DNA of 64,000 bases from Phycisphaerae bacterium (GCA_963666835.2 CAXXGO010000006.1:416001-480000); one strand, 5' to 3'. Positions 41,776 to 52,576 are shown, counted from the stretch's first letter. The notes: generated from the letters alone by a model not told the origin. Numbers and translations are program-made.

Positions 41776-42816
41776 TTAGATGGCGTCGAGGGTGTCGGCT
41801 ACGTTTTCGGGCAGCTCGTTTAGAAACTCGGTGAAACCCGGCTTCTCGTGCAGGCCGAGGTCCTTAACTGCCGCGGTCTCCAGCAGTTTGTACGGCACGG
41901 GCGGAGAGTACTGCAACAAAGACGTAATCATATCGGTAACCTGAAGCTGAAGACGCTCGGTGCGGAGCGGATCGTCCGGTTCGGGGTAGGCGTGATGGGC
42001 GGCGATGATCTGCCTGAGCGTGTCCGGCAGTTTCCATCCCTCGGCGACCAGCTCGCCGAACTCCTGATGGCACTCATCACAAAGATAGTCAAACGACTCC
42101 AGGTCGATGTCGAAACCGGAGATTTTGCAATGATCGGTAGCGATTCGCAGCACGATCACGTTACCGATGTCGTGCAGCAAACCGATAAGAAACGCATCCT
42201 CCTCATCAACGCCCGTGAACCGCGACAGCCCCCGCATCACACACGCGCTGGCCAGCGAGCATTTCCACAGCATCCGGGCCAGCTCCTTGTTGACCACGCG
42301 ATCGTGGAACATCGCCGCCCGCAGGGATTCGTGCATCATCAACGTCCGCAGAGCTTTGGTCCCCAACCGGGTAACGGCCGGACGCAACGCGGTGATCTTG
42401 TGCAAACCGCGGTAGAGCGGCGAGTTGGTCATTCGCAGAACGGCCGCGGCGATCACCTGGTCTTCGGAGATGTCATCGGCAACCGCCCGGAGGTTGCAGT
42501 CTCGGGTACGAAGATGCGCCAGCGTCCGCTCGACCACTTGCGGCAGCGGCGGCATGCTCAGGTCGTGCCCGTCGAAGTGCGATACCAGCACGCTCTCCAG
42601 CGCCCGCGCCTCGGTGGACAGGGTCGGCGGTGACGTATCCCGCTCGAGCACGGTGGGCTCTTCGGGCTCCCACCACGGGGGCTCCGCCTCGGCACCTGTG
42701 GCTTCAGACCCCGGGACCGCCACAGTCGCGGTAGTCTCCCCCGGGCCGGCGGACGCCGCGGGCGCGCTCGCCTGGTCCTGCTGCTTCTCTCCCGTCAGCC
42801 AAGCCCACAGACCCAT
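41776..42816 (-). CDS. HDOD domain-containing protein
   Basis: MPPLPQV, D..IAAAVLRMTNSPLY, AVTRLG, AFLIGLLHDIG, H...GELVA..WKLP and HH. Confidence 0.92.
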   Translation of the reverse strand: MGLWAWLTGEKQQDQASAPAASAGPGETTATVAVPGSEATGAEAEPPWWEPEEPTVLERDTSPPTLSTEARALESVLVSHFDGHDLSMPPLPQVVERTLAHLRTRDCNLRAVADDISEDQVIAAAVLRMTNSPLYRGLHKITALRPAVTRLGTKALRTLMMHESLRAAMFHDRVVNKELARMLWKCSLASACVMRGLSRFTGVDEEDAFLIGLLHDIGNVIVLRIATDHCKISGFDIDLESFDYLCDECHQEFGELVAEGWKLPDTLRQIIAAHHAYPEPDDPLRTERLQLQVTDMITSLLQYSPPVPYKLLETAAVKDLGLHEKPGFTEFLNELPENVADTLDAI

Positions 42817-43546
42817 GGAATAGACTCCTGCCTAATGACGACCTTTGTCTAGCTTGCAGCCCCCTCACTCCGGTGATGCAGCCCTCTCTCGCGTCCGGAA
42901 GCACGGACCCATCGATAACATCGACCATTCGCCCGCCTCGGTTGGGGACGCCGAGCCGGTCGCCTTCACTCACCGGGCGGCGCTCGGAATGGGGCACCTC
43001 TGGGGGAACAAGCGTTGCAGAACGAGTCCGTTTGGGGCTTGCCCGGGCGGGGCCGACGCAGCTCTATCACAGGCTCCAAGTTATAAGACCTTCCCATGCC
43101 GCCGGGCGCCGGACAGCGTGATCGGGGGACACCTCGATCCGCGTATAATGTGCCCACGGATAGCGCCGGTTGGGCTCCGTTTCCTGAGAAACCGGGGAAC
43201 GCCTGATACAGGGCCTTCGGCGAAGCGGCGTCCTATCGGTCCATGGCTGATAAGATCGCGATGCCAAGGGCTCGTATCGATGGCCGTGCGGAACGTATCT
43301 GCAGCCCCGCTGTCTTCCTTGTGTTGATAGGCGCGCGGCGGTAGAATAATGGTCTTTGCCCGGCGTACGTCCATCGGGCGCGTGCCGGTAATGTTGTCGG
43401 CCTTATCGGCCGGCGAGAAACGGACTTGGCCCGGGGGCATGGGGTGGGCCTAGAATACGTTGCCTGCCCGTGCAGGGTGTCTATTGGGCCTGTGAGCTGA
43501 ATTAAGAAACCGTGGTCCTGGATTCGTTGGAGACGGAACCTTGAAG

Positions 43547-46500
43547 ATGAGACGATCCATTGTCGCCGTGGCGTTTGCGGCTGGTGTTGTGTGTGCGGCC
43601 AGTACCTCTTCGGTGTGGGCGCAGTGTGAAACGGCGAAGGTGCATCACCCCGACGGTGCGGCGGACACGCGGTTCGGCTGGGCAACGGCAGTGAGCGGCG
43701 ACTACATGATAGTCGGAGCCCCGGATGCGGACGTGGGATCCAACTCCGAAGCCGGAAGAGCCTTCATATTCAAACATGATGGGCTCGACTGGGTGTCGTT
43801 CCAGGAATTGGAGCTTCCGCCGGTATCCGTGTTGGCCGACTCCGAGTACGGCTACTCCGTAGCGATTGATGGTGACGTTGCGGTAGTTGGGGCCCGGAAT
43901 AACGCACTCGGGGCAGGGGCTGCGTTCGCATGGCGCCGTAACGCTGCCAACGATGAGTGGGAATTCGAGGGCCGCCTATTGTCAAGCGGGAATAGCGGGA
44001 GTGACACCTGTGGTTACTCGGTTGCGGTCGATTCGTCGAGTCAAGATTGGATCGCCGTTGGTTGCCCGGGTCGGTCCGATGTGGCGATCGGTGCGGGGGC
44101 AGTGGCGATGTTTCGGTACAACAGCAGCACCGAGAAGTGGGACGAGCAGGATTCCCTGACCGCCGACGCCGCTCAAGGGGATAAGCTCGGCCGGGCGGTC
44201 GCCATGGATGGCGATTGGCTTGTCGCCGGAGCAGAGGGAACGAACGACGGTGCCGGTGCTGCCGCTGTTTTCAAGCACGACGGAACGGGCACCTGGGAAA
44301 GCGTGCAGCAACTCGTTGCCCTGACCAAGTACGGTTCCGACGACGCCCACGCCGCCGACAGCTTCGGGGCTAGTGTAGCGCTAAGAGGAGACCGAATCGC
44401 CTGCGGGGCTACCGGCTATGATGCTGATGGGGTCAGCAACACCGGCGCAGCCTACGTTTTTGCCCGCAACGGAGATGCGTGGGAGATCGAGGACCGGCTG
44501 CTGGCGGATGATCGCCTTAAGAGCGACAATTTCGGTACCTCGGTGACGGTCGAAGGAGATCGGGTTGTCGTGGGGGCGCCGAGGATTGATCTGCCTTCGG
44601 GAGACAACGCCGGCGCGGCTTATCTCTTCCGATTCAGCGAGGGCAATTGGACGCACGGACCAAGGGCTATTGCTGCGGAGCCGGCAAAGAATCAGTACTT
44701 CGGCAGTGCAGTCTCGGTTGACGGCGACTACCTGGTCGTGGGGGCGTACAAGGAGGAATCGGATACCGGGGCGGCTTTCGTTTTCGCGGTGGAGCTTGGT
44801 GACGACTGCGACGGCAGTGCGGTCCACGATGAGTGCGAGTACTACACCGGCGATATCACCGACAACAATGGGAACGGGTTCCCCGACCAGTGCGAGTGCG
44901 ACAACGACGGCCAGTGTGATGACGGACTGGATTGTACCGCGGATACGTGCAACTGGGAGACGCATCGCTGCCTGTTCACGCCGAACCCGGGGTTCTGCGC
45001 CATCGGCGGCGTCTGTTATGCGGCCGGCACGGAGAATAGCGAAAACGAGTGCCAGGTCTGCGACGAGGCCGACCCCAAAGTCTGGAGCAACAAGACCGAC
45101 GAAACCGGCTGCACGTCGGATGACAACGAGTGTACCGACGATGTCTGCCTGGCCGGCGAGTGCGAACACCGGAGCGTGCCTGACTTGACCGCGTGCGGAG
45201 ATCAGACCGCTACGTTCTGCAATGGGGCGGATTACTGCTGGCAAGGGGAGTGTGCCAACAATAATACCGCAAATGGCACCCCGTGCGATGAAAGCGCTGG
45301 GGATTGCATAAACGACCAGTGCATGAACGGCGTGTGCATTTATCCCGAAAGACTGCCGGGCACAGCATGCGGTGACAGCACCGACGACGAATGCACTGAT
45401 CCGGACACATGCCGGCCTGGCGGAATCTGCTGGCCGAACGATGAACCGGCCGGGACCGTGTGGACGGACGGCTTCGCCTGCAACGGTATCGAAACGTGCG
45501 ACGGCTCCGGAGGCAAGGTAGCCGGTGAGCCGGAGTGCGACCGGGCGGGCCTGACCTGCGAAGAGAGTGATGAAGACCCGTACTTCGTCTGTAAATGCAC
45601 AAGTGCCGCGGCGTGCAACGACGACCTGTTCTGCACGGGGGTCGAGACGTGCGAAGACGGGATCTGCGTTTCCAGCGGCGATCCGTGTCCGCCGGAAGGC
45701 GCTGAATCGAGGATCTTCTGTGTCGAAGACGCCGGGGCGTGTCACGAGTGTCTAACCGCGGCCGACTGCGCGGACGACGGAAACGACTGTACGGACGTGG
45801 AGTGCAATAGTGGAACGTGCGAGTACCCCTTCTTCCTGGAAGGTACTCCCTGCGGTAACGGTGATGACACGGAATGCAGTGCGCCGGACACGTGCGACGG
45901 GGCGGGGCTCTGCCGGCCCAACCACAAGGACGGCGACCCTTGCACCGACGACGGCAACGATTGCACGAATGACGTTTGTGATTCCGGCAAATGCGATCAT
46001 CAGAACAAGGATACCGGTACCGCCTGCGGTGATAGCACTGACACGACATGCAACGGGGCCGATACCTGCGACGGGGCCGGCAACTGCCTGGACAACTATG
46101 CGGCGGCAGAAACACCCTGTCCGGACGCGTCATTCTGCAACGGGGCCGAGACCTGCAACAGCGCCGGTGTCTGCGTTGACCGAGACGACCCGTGCGATAG
46201 GTCGGGTCTGACTTGCGATGAGGTCAACGATGTCTGCAGATGCACCGAGTCGGAAGCGTGCGACGACGACTTGTACTGCAACGGTTCCGAGGTTTGCGAC
46301 AACGGCGTGTGCGTGGCCGGAACGGCGATAGACTGCAGTGACGGAATCGGTTGCACGGTGGACGTCTGCAACGAGATCGTCAATGGGCACACCTGCTCTA
46401 ACAATCCGAGCGACGCGCTGTGCGATAACGATCTGTTCTGCGATGGGGTCGAGACCTGCGATGCCGATTTGGATTGCCAGCCCGGTACGTATCCGTGCGA

Positions 46501-47656
46501 CGACAGCGAGGTCTGCGACGAGAACAACGACATCTGCACCGGTTGCCTGGTGAACTCGGACTGCGCCCAGGACGGCGTGTTCTGCAACGGTCCTGAGATC
46601 TGCGTCGACGGGAACTGTCAACCGAGCGGGAACCCGTGTACCACAGCGCGTCCCTATTGCGATGACGCATTGGATATTTGCAGGGAGTGCCTCAGCAACA
46701 GCAATTGCAACGACGGGAAATTCTGCAACGGGACGGAAACCTGCGGGGCGGATGGGAGCTGCCTGGCCGGTACTAATCCGTGTGCGAGCGGGACGTTCTG
46801 CGATGACCGGGTCGACGCATGCCTGGAATGCCTCACGGATGAGGACTGTGACGACAACAATGCATGCACCAACGACCGCTGTCCGAATGGAGTCTGTGCC
46901 CATACGCCGTTCCCGTGGTGCGAGGACGATGACGCTGACGGCGTGATAAACGCCGACGACGAATGCCCGGACACGAACCCGTCGGCCGACGTGAATGGGG
47001 TGGGCTGTTCGTGCAGCCAGCTCGACGACGATGATGACGGCGTCGACAACTGCCGGGACGAATGCCCCGCTACGCCCGAGGGTGAAGATGCGGACTTCTT
47101 CGGCTGCTCGTGCAGTCAGCACGACGATGACGAGGACGGAGTCAACAACTGTCTGGATGAGTGCCCCGATTCGCTGGAGGGCGTGGCGGTCGATGACGAG
47201 GGCTGTTCCGATGGTCAGCGTGACAGCGATGATGACGGGGTCCCGAACTTCGTCGACTCGTGCAGCGGCACGCCGGCGGGTGCGGAGGTCGACGCAGTCG
47301 GGTGTGCTGAAAGTCAGCTCGACACCGACGAAGACGGAGTGACTGACGACATCGACGAGTGCCCCGACACGGAGGAAGACGCCGAAGTTGACGAAGTCGG
47401 CTGCGAAGTGGTCGAACCGGCAGGGAACGACAACGATAACGCGAACGACAATGACAACGCGAACGATAACGATAACACTAATGACAACGGTGACAACGCC
47501 AACGACAATGGTGAGAGTCCTGCCGAGCAACCTGTGCCCGGCGTGATTCTCCCCTGCACTCCGGGGATGTTACCTTTGCCCTTCATCGGGCTGGGGCTAC
47601 TGGCGATGCGGGTCTCAGTACGACGACGTCCCCGTACGGATCGTTGTCACCGTTAA
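43547..47656 (+). CDS. Large surface protein: FG-GAP beta-propeller, Cys-rich repeat stalk, thrombospondin type-3 repeats, Asn/Asp linker and C-terminal membrane/sorting segment
   Basis: Repeats FG..VA..GD..VVGA; CT.D.C..G.C and D..FCNG.E.C repeats; DDDGV.N..D.CP.T......VD..GC repeats; NDNDNA run; PCTPGM..FIGLGLLAMR..RRR tail. Confidence 0.88.
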   Translation: MRRSIVAVAFAAGVVCAASTSSVWAQCETAKVHHPDGAADTRFGWATAVSGDYMIVGAPDADVGSNSEAGRAFIFKHDGLDWVSFQELELPPVSVLADSEYGYSVAIDGDVAVVGARNNALGAGAAFAWRRNAANDEWEFEGRLLSSGNSGSDTCGYSVAVDSSSQDWIAVGCPGRSDVAIGAGAVAMFRYNSSTEKWDEQDSLTADAAQGDKLGRAVAMDGDWLVAGAEGTNDGAGAAAVFKHDGTGTWESVQQLVALTKYGSDDAHAADSFGASVALRGDRIACGATGYDADGVSNTGAAYVFARNGDAWEIEDRLLADDRLKSDNFGTSVTVEGDRVVVGAPRIDLPSGDNAGAAYLFRFSEGNWTHGPRAIAAEPAKNQYFGSAVSVDGDYLVVGAYKEESDTGAAFVFAVELGDDCDGSAVHDECEYYTGDITDNNGNGFPDQCECDNDGQCDDGLDCTADTCNWETHRCLFTPNPGFCAIGGVCYAAGTENSENECQVCDEADPKVWSNKTDETGCTSDDNECTDDVCLAGECEHRSVPDLTACGDQTATFCNGADYCWQGECANNNTANGTPCDESAGDCINDQCMNGVCIYPERLPGTACGDSTDDECTDPDTCRPGGICWPNDEPAGTVWTDGFACNGIETCDGSGGKVAGEPECDRAGLTCEESDEDPYFVCKCTSAAACNDDLFCTGVETCEDGICVSSGDPCPPEGAESRIFCVEDAGACHECLTAADCADDGNDCTDVECNSGTCEYPFFLEGTPCGNGDDTECSAPDTCDGAGLCRPNHKDGDPCTDDGNDCTNDVCDSGKCDHQNKDTGTACGDSTDTTCNGADTCDGAGNCLDNYAAAETPCPDASFCNGAETCNSAGVCVDRDDPCDRSGLTCDEVNDVCRCTESEACDDDLYCNGSEVCDNGVCVAGTAIDCSDGIGCTVDVCNEIVNGHTCSNNPSDALCDNDLFCDGVETCDADLDCQPGTYPCDDSEVCDENNDICTGCLVNSDCAQDGVFCNGPEICVDGNCQPSGNPCTTARPYCDDALDICRECLSNSNCNDGKFCNGTETCGADGSCLAGTNPCASGTFCDDRVDACLECLTDEDCDDNNACTNDRCPNGVCAHTPFPWCEDDDADGVINADDECPDTNPSADVNGVGCSCSQLDDDDDGVDNCRDECPATPEGEDADFFGCSCSQHDDDEDGVNNCLDECPDSLEGVAVDDEGCSDGQRDSDDDGVPNFVDSCSGTPAGAEVDAVGCAESQLDTDEDGVTDDIDECPDTEEDAEVDEVGCEVVEPAGNDNDNANDNDNANDNDNTNDNGDNANDNGESPAEQPVPGVILPCTPGMLPLPFIGLGLLAMRVSVRRRPRTDRCHR

Positions 47657-48034
47657 GAACCGCTCGGTGATGTTGTAGCCGAGCCCCCCGGGGCGAGCGA
47701 CGGACGAAACCGCGGTTCCGTTCGTCGCTTGCCCCTCTTTTGTGTGCGGCCTACGGCCGGCCGAAGGCCGAAACCCGCCCTACGAGCCTTCTCCCGCAGC
47801 CAGGTAGGTCAGGCTCCGCCCAATGGTACTGACCTTTGTCAGGACGCCATGCGGGCAACCGTCCCGAAGGGACTTTGGGCGCGTAGCCACGGGTGGAGCG
47901 CCTCGTTGTTCTATACATCTTTGCTGGGCGAGCGAAGCGTATCCGTCCGACTCCGCGGTGTCCCGATCCCCAGCCTGAAAGGCCGCAAGGCGCGGCTTCC
48001 TTTTCAGCGAAAGGCGTCAAGCCGGCTCGGTGTT

Positions 48035-48330
48035 CAGGCTGAAAGCCTGCAAGACAATAGCCGGGGGCAAGGCCGCGCAGCGGACGCCGCCCCCGGGTGG
48101 GGGCGACAATCCCAAGCACCCTGAAAGGGTGCAAGAAACGGCGTCGATAAACCCTGTGTCCGTTTCGGCTGCCCGGCTTCTTTGAGAATGCGTCAAAAGT
48201 CCATGGCGAAGCACATTCACTGGGGCTATTTGACCCGTGCAGGGTCAGGCAGGTTGCGGGGACCGGGTCCGGGGGCGGCGTCCGCTGCGCGGACTTGCCC
48301 CCGGCTACTTCATCTGAGCCCTTCGGGCTG
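48035..48330. repeat. About 300-bp inverted-repeat (REPIN/MITE-like) element
   Basis: 39-bp arms at 48058-48096 and 48269-48307 are reverse complements with one mismatch; terminal hairpins CAGGCTGAAAGCCTG and AGCCCTTCGGGCT; internal GCACCCTGAAAGGGTGC. Confidence 0.75.
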
Positions 48331-48500
48331 TAGGACGCAACGCCGTTGGCGTATTCGGGCGGGACGCAGTCCGCACATCAGAGAGGACTCTCTCGTCTCG
48401 CCCTGTTTGCGGTCTAGCCCGGGGGTCCTACGGTCGATAATATGGCCGGAGAGCGAAGCGTTTCGGGGTCTGACGTGCCTGGGAGCAGGTTATCGGACGG

Positions 48501-48584
48501 TTGAAAAAGTGGACTGGCTCCGAGCAGATTCCCGCTCACGGTGGCAATAGAAGCCTGCGGCGAGGTCCCTGTACCCTTTTTCAA
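48501..48584. repeat. 84-bp element with TTGAAAAAG...CTTTTTCAA ends (copy 1)
   Basis: Same length and ends as 51555-51638; a partial relative lies at about 12601-12640. Confidence 0.8.
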
Positions 48585-48601
48585 GAGACTGGGCTCGGCT
48601 T

Positions 48602-49714
48602 ATGCTCAAAGTAGTGTGTGTTTGCGGTGCGCGACCGAACTTCATGAAGATCGCGCCTATCGTAGCGGCCTTGGAACGCACTAAGTCGGTCGAGACCCTG
48701 CTTGTTCATACGGGGCAGCACTACGATCAGCGAATGAGCCGGCTATTCTTCGACGAGCTGGGCATCCCCAAGCCGGATCTGAACCTTGAAGTGGGCAGCG
48801 GTTCCCACGCCGCCCAAACCGCCGAGGTGATGAAACGCTTCGAGCCGGTCTGTCTGGAGCATCGCCCCGATTGGGTCATTGTGGTGGGCGATGTGAACAG
48901 CACCTTCGCCTGCGCCATGGTTGCGGCCAAGCTGGGGATCGGCGTGGTTCACGTTGAAGCCGGCCTGCGCAGCTTCGATCGGGAGATGCCGGAAGAGATC
49001 AACCGAGTTCTGACCGACGCAATCAGCGATCTGCTCTTTGTTACCGAGCCTTCGGCCGTGGAGAACCTCCGCCGAGAGGGCGTTGCGGACGAGCGGGTAC
49101 ACTTCGTCGGCAACGTCATGATAGATACCCTGCTGCGGAGCCGGGAGCGGGCGGGGGAGTCCAAGATCCTCGCGCAGCAGGGACTGACCGCCGGGAACTA
49201 CGCGGCCGTCACCCTGCACCGCCCCAGCAATGTCGACCGAGCGGACGTGTTCGGTTCGATTCTGACGGCGTTCGAGGAAATCGCCGCCGACATGCCGATC
49301 GTCTTTCCGATCCATCCACGATCGCGCAAGAACCTGGAGACGATGGGACTATCGGAGCGGGTGGCGCGGATCAAAAATCTCCAGTTGCTCGATCCGCTCG
49401 GGTATCTCGACTTTATGAAGCTCATGGCAGAGGCGGCCGTCGTTATGACCGATTCCGGCGGGATTCAGGAAGAAACGACCATACTCAACGTGCCCTGTCT
49501 GACCCTGCGCGAGAACACGGAACGACCTGTAACCATCACGCAGGGCACGAACCGCCTGACCGGCAGTTCCACGGAGCGGATTCTGGAAGCGTATCGTGAG
49601 GTTCGCGACCGACCGCCGCGAACGACGACGATGCCGGAAATGTGGGACGGGCAGGCGGCGGAGCGAATCGTAACTCGCCTGTTGGACACGCCGCCGCCGG
49701 GCCGCGGTGGGTAG
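48602..49714 (+). CDS. wecB: UDP-N-acetylglucosamine 2-epimerase (non-hydrolysing)
   Basis: GARPNFMK, HTGQHY, GDVNST, HVEAGLRS, PEE.NR, HRPSN and TDSGGIQEE. Confidence 0.95.
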   Translation: MLKVVCVCGARPNFMKIAPIVAALERTKSVETLLVHTGQHYDQRMSRLFFDELGIPKPDLNLEVGSGSHAAQTAEVMKRFEPVCLEHRPDWVIVVGDVNSTFACAMVAAKLGIGVVHVEAGLRSFDREMPEEINRVLTDAISDLLFVTEPSAVENLRREGVADERVHFVGNVMIDTLLRSRERAGESKILAQQGLTAGNYAAVTLHRPSNVDRADVFGSILTAFEEIAADMPIVFPIHPRSRKNLETMGLSERVARIKNLQLLDPLGYLDFMKLMAEAAVVMTDSGGIQEETTILNVPCLTLRENTERPVTITQGTNRLTGSSTERILEAYREVRDRPPRTTTMPEMWDGQAAERIVTRLLDTPPPGRGG

Positions 49715-49821
49715 GACTCCCAGTCCTCCTTCTTAAGGGAGGGGAAGAAGAAACGTGACTGCCTCTTTGCAGGCGGCACGAGTTTGTCATTGACTGAACG
49801 GATCTTGACGGGAGCTGTTCG

Positions 49822-51147
49822 ATGAAACTATCCGTGGTGGGAACCGGCTACGTGGGACTGGTCGCAGGAGCGTGCTTCTCCGATAGCGGAAACCACGTCA
49901 CCTGTGTCGACGTCGACGAGCGGAAGATCCGCATGCTGTCCAACGGGGAAATCCCTATCTATGAGCCGGGGCTGAAGGAGATCGTGGTCCGCAACGCCGG
50001 CACCGGACGACTGGAATTCACGACCGATCTGGAATCAGCGGTGTTGAAATCCAAGGTCATCTTCCTGGCCGTGGGTACCCCGCCGGCCGCCGATGGTTCC
50101 GCCGACATGACCGGGCTGTTGGACGTAGCTAAGACGATCGGCCGGACGATGGACGGCTATCGCATCGTGGTGATGAAGAGCACCGTTCCGGTCGGTACGC
50201 ACCGCAGGATCTCCGAGATAATCGCGGCCGAGACGGACCACCCTTTCGATTACGTCAGCAATCCGGAGTTTATGAAGGAAGGTGCGGCGATCGAAGACTT
50301 CACCCGCCCGGACCGCGTGGTAATCGGAGTAGATAACCCCGCGGTCGCCGAGATCATGAAGGAACTCTATGCTCCATTCATGCGCCGCGATGAGCGGATC
50401 TTCGTAATGGACCCGGCCAGCGCGGAGATGACGAAGTACGCCGCGAACGCGCTGCTGGCCACCAAGATATCGTTCATGAACGAGATCGCCGGTCTGTGCG
50501 ATAAGTTCGGGGCGGATGTCGAGCGGGTGAGGCGGGGCGTTGGGTCCGATTCGCGGATCGGCAGCGCGTTTCTGTTCCCCGGCGTGGGGTATGGAGGTTC
50601 GTGTTTTCCCAAGGATGTCAGCGCCCTGGTGTCGATGGGGCAGGCCCTGGACAGGCCGATGAGCATTGTGGAAGCCGTTCAGGAGGTCAACCAGCGGCAG
50701 CGGCGGCTCTTCGCCCGTCGGGTAATCGATTACTTTGGCGAGGCCTGCTCAAAAACCACCCTGGCCGTGTGGGGACTGGCTTTCAAGTCGCAGACGGACG
50801 ATATCCGAGAATCGCCCGCGGTGGATGGCGTGCGGATGTTTCTCGAAAGCGGGATGAAGATCCGAGCCCACGATCCGGAGGCAATGCCTAACGCGACCCG
50901 GGAGCTGGGTGCGGCGGTGGCGATGTTCAACGACGGCTACGAGGCGTTGGAGGGTGCCGATGCCCTCGTGGTTTTCACTGACTGGCCAAAATTCCGCACG
51001 CCGGACTTCGACATGATCGGCGAGAAACTCCGCCGGAAGCTCGTTTTCGACGGGCGGAACCTGTACGACCCGCGCTCGCTGGCGAAAAAGGGGTTCGAGT
51101 ATCATTGCGTGGGACGACCGTCCGTACCTTCGGGCGAAGCCGGGTAG
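49822..51147 (+). CDS. ugd: UDP-glucose/GDP-mannose dehydrogenase
   Basis: GTGYVG, KSTVPVGT, SNPEF, KYAAN, GYGGSCFPKD and DD.RESP. Confidence 0.95.
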   Translation: MKLSVVGTGYVGLVAGACFSDSGNHVTCVDVDERKIRMLSNGEIPIYEPGLKEIVVRNAGTGRLEFTTDLESAVLKSKVIFLAVGTPPAADGSADMTGLLDVAKTIGRTMDGYRIVVMKSTVPVGTHRRISEIIAAETDHPFDYVSNPEFMKEGAAIEDFTRPDRVVIGVDNPAVAEIMKELYAPFMRRDERIFVMDPASAEMTKYAANALLATKISFMNEIAGLCDKFGADVERVRRGVGSDSRIGSAFLFPGVGYGGSCFPKDVSALVSMGQALDRPMSIVEAVQEVNQRQRRLFARRVIDYFGEACSKTTLAVWGLAFKSQTDDIRESPAVDGVRMFLESGMKIRAHDPEAMPNATRELGAAVAMFNDGYEALEGADALVVFTDWPKFRTPDFDMIGEKLRRKLVFDGRNLYDPRSLAKKGFEYHCVGRPSVPSGEAG

Positions 51148-51554
51148 GCCGCCGTTTATCCGATAATCGAACCGGCTTGCGGCGGCTTCCGATAGGTGTC
51201 GGACCAGGGGCTTGCCGGGACCGATCGGGCGCCGCGAGATTGCGTTTGCATCACCGGCCCGCGGTATCCTAGACTCAGAAGCTGCCGAAAGCCCGGGAGA
51301 CAATCTCGGTCGGGGGAAAGAGGGTTGTGGATCGTCCGAGAAGGTAAGGCCTGCGCGGTGTGCCCTGAGACGATCTGCCGGGAGATGACAAAGTGAACCC
51401 GTTTCGAAACCTATCAGCCTGGTGCCGGATGAGTGTCAGTGGTTTGGCAACGTCGGAATGCGCTCTTTTGCTCTGCCTGTTGATCGTCGTTTGGGCCTTG
51501 TTGGCGCGAGTTCTCTCGAACGCGGGTTAATCCGGATCAGGTTCAGGAAACCGG

Positions 51555-51638
51555 TTGAAAAAGGGGACTGGCTCCGAGCCGCTTCGCCATCCCGGTGTTT
51601 GGAGACGCCTTCGGCGAGGTGCCTGTACCCTTTTTCAA
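51555..51638. repeat. 84-bp element with TTGAAAAAG...CTTTTTCAA ends (copy 2)
   Basis: TTGAAAAAGGGGACTGGCTCCGAGC...GGCGAGGTGCCTGTACCCTTTTTCAA; it overlaps the stop codon of the DMT gene. Confidence 0.8.
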
Positions 51639-52576
51639 ATCGCCAGCTTGACAAGCCTCTCGACCAGCTCTTGTCCTTTCGGCGTGATAATCAGGACCCC
51701 GCCAAGCGCCAGCACAATCGAGATCAACTTGCGCCGGGTGAACTCCTCTTTCAACACGACCGTAGCCAGCACCATCGCGAAGATGACCGAAGTCTGATTC
51801 AACACGCCGGCTACCGATGCTTTGGTGTACTTGAAGCCCGCGATCCAGAATATCATCGCCAGGTAGTTGCCCAGAATAGAGGCCGACACGGTGAACTTCC
51901 ACGCCCCGGAAGGTCGAAACACCGCCCAATACTCCTTACGCTGCGACGACACCACCGCCAGCACCATCAGCACCACGGTCCCCGAGAAGATCCGCAACGT
52001 CGCGGCCCAGATCAGCGGGAACTCGTTTACGTCCAGGACCGGCTTGGCGATGACGATTCCGAAGGCCATCATCGCGATCGCGACGGCCGTCATGAACATG
52101 CCCAGAGCAATCTGGGCACGCGTCCGGTTGGCCGGCGGAGCGTGCCGTGATGAGAACAGAATACCGATGAGGATCAGCGCCGCGCCCGTGTAGTGATATG
52201 CGTTAAGCTCCTCTGAGAGGAGTATAAACGAGAATAGGATAACGAGCGGACTGTAGATGCAGTCGACGATCGAGATGAGCCCCACCCCGATCAGGTTGAG
52301 AGCCTTGAAAAAGAGCGTGTCGGCCAGGGCGATGCCGACCAACCCACTGAACATAAGCAGGATGAGGTCTTCCTGCGGGTACGCCCGCAGCGTGTCGAGC
52401 CCATCGCCCATCGCCAGCAGGGTGGCGAACAATAGAACCAGGGCGACCGAGCTTTTGAACAGGTTGAGCGGCAACGGCGAGACGTACTCCCCGCTCCGCT
52501 TGAACAGAACCAGGGCCATCGCCCAGGTGAACGCGGCCAGCAAGGCGAAAGTCTGTCCAAGAACGTCATGATCCAT
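51635..52576 (-). CDS. DMT/EamA family transporter
   Basis: About 10 TM helices in two EamA repeats (P...ILFSFILL.E; LA.VVLKE). Confidence 0.9.
   Translation of the reverse strand: MDHDVLGQTFALLAAFTWAMALVLFKRSGEYVSPLPLNLFKSSVALVLLFATLLAMGDGLDTLRAYPQEDLILLMFSGLVGIALADTLFFKALNLIGVGLISIVDCIYSPLVILFSFILLSEELNAYHYTGAALILIGILFSSRHAPPANRTRAQIALGMFMTAVAIAMMAFGIVIAKPVLDVNEFPLIWAATLRIFSGTVVLMVLAVVSSQRKEYWAVFRPSGAWKFTVSASILGNYLAMIFWIAGFKYTKASVAGVLNQTSVIFAMVLATVVLKEEFTRRKLISIVLALGGVLIITPKGQELVERLVKLAI

Noticed and set aside
42817..43540. Riboswitch (for example c-di-GMP) in the long intergenic regions before large secreted proteins, also 13760-14440 and 55560-55880
   Set aside because: No consensus motif could be recognised by eye. 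An Infernal/Rfam scan would be needed to exclude it.
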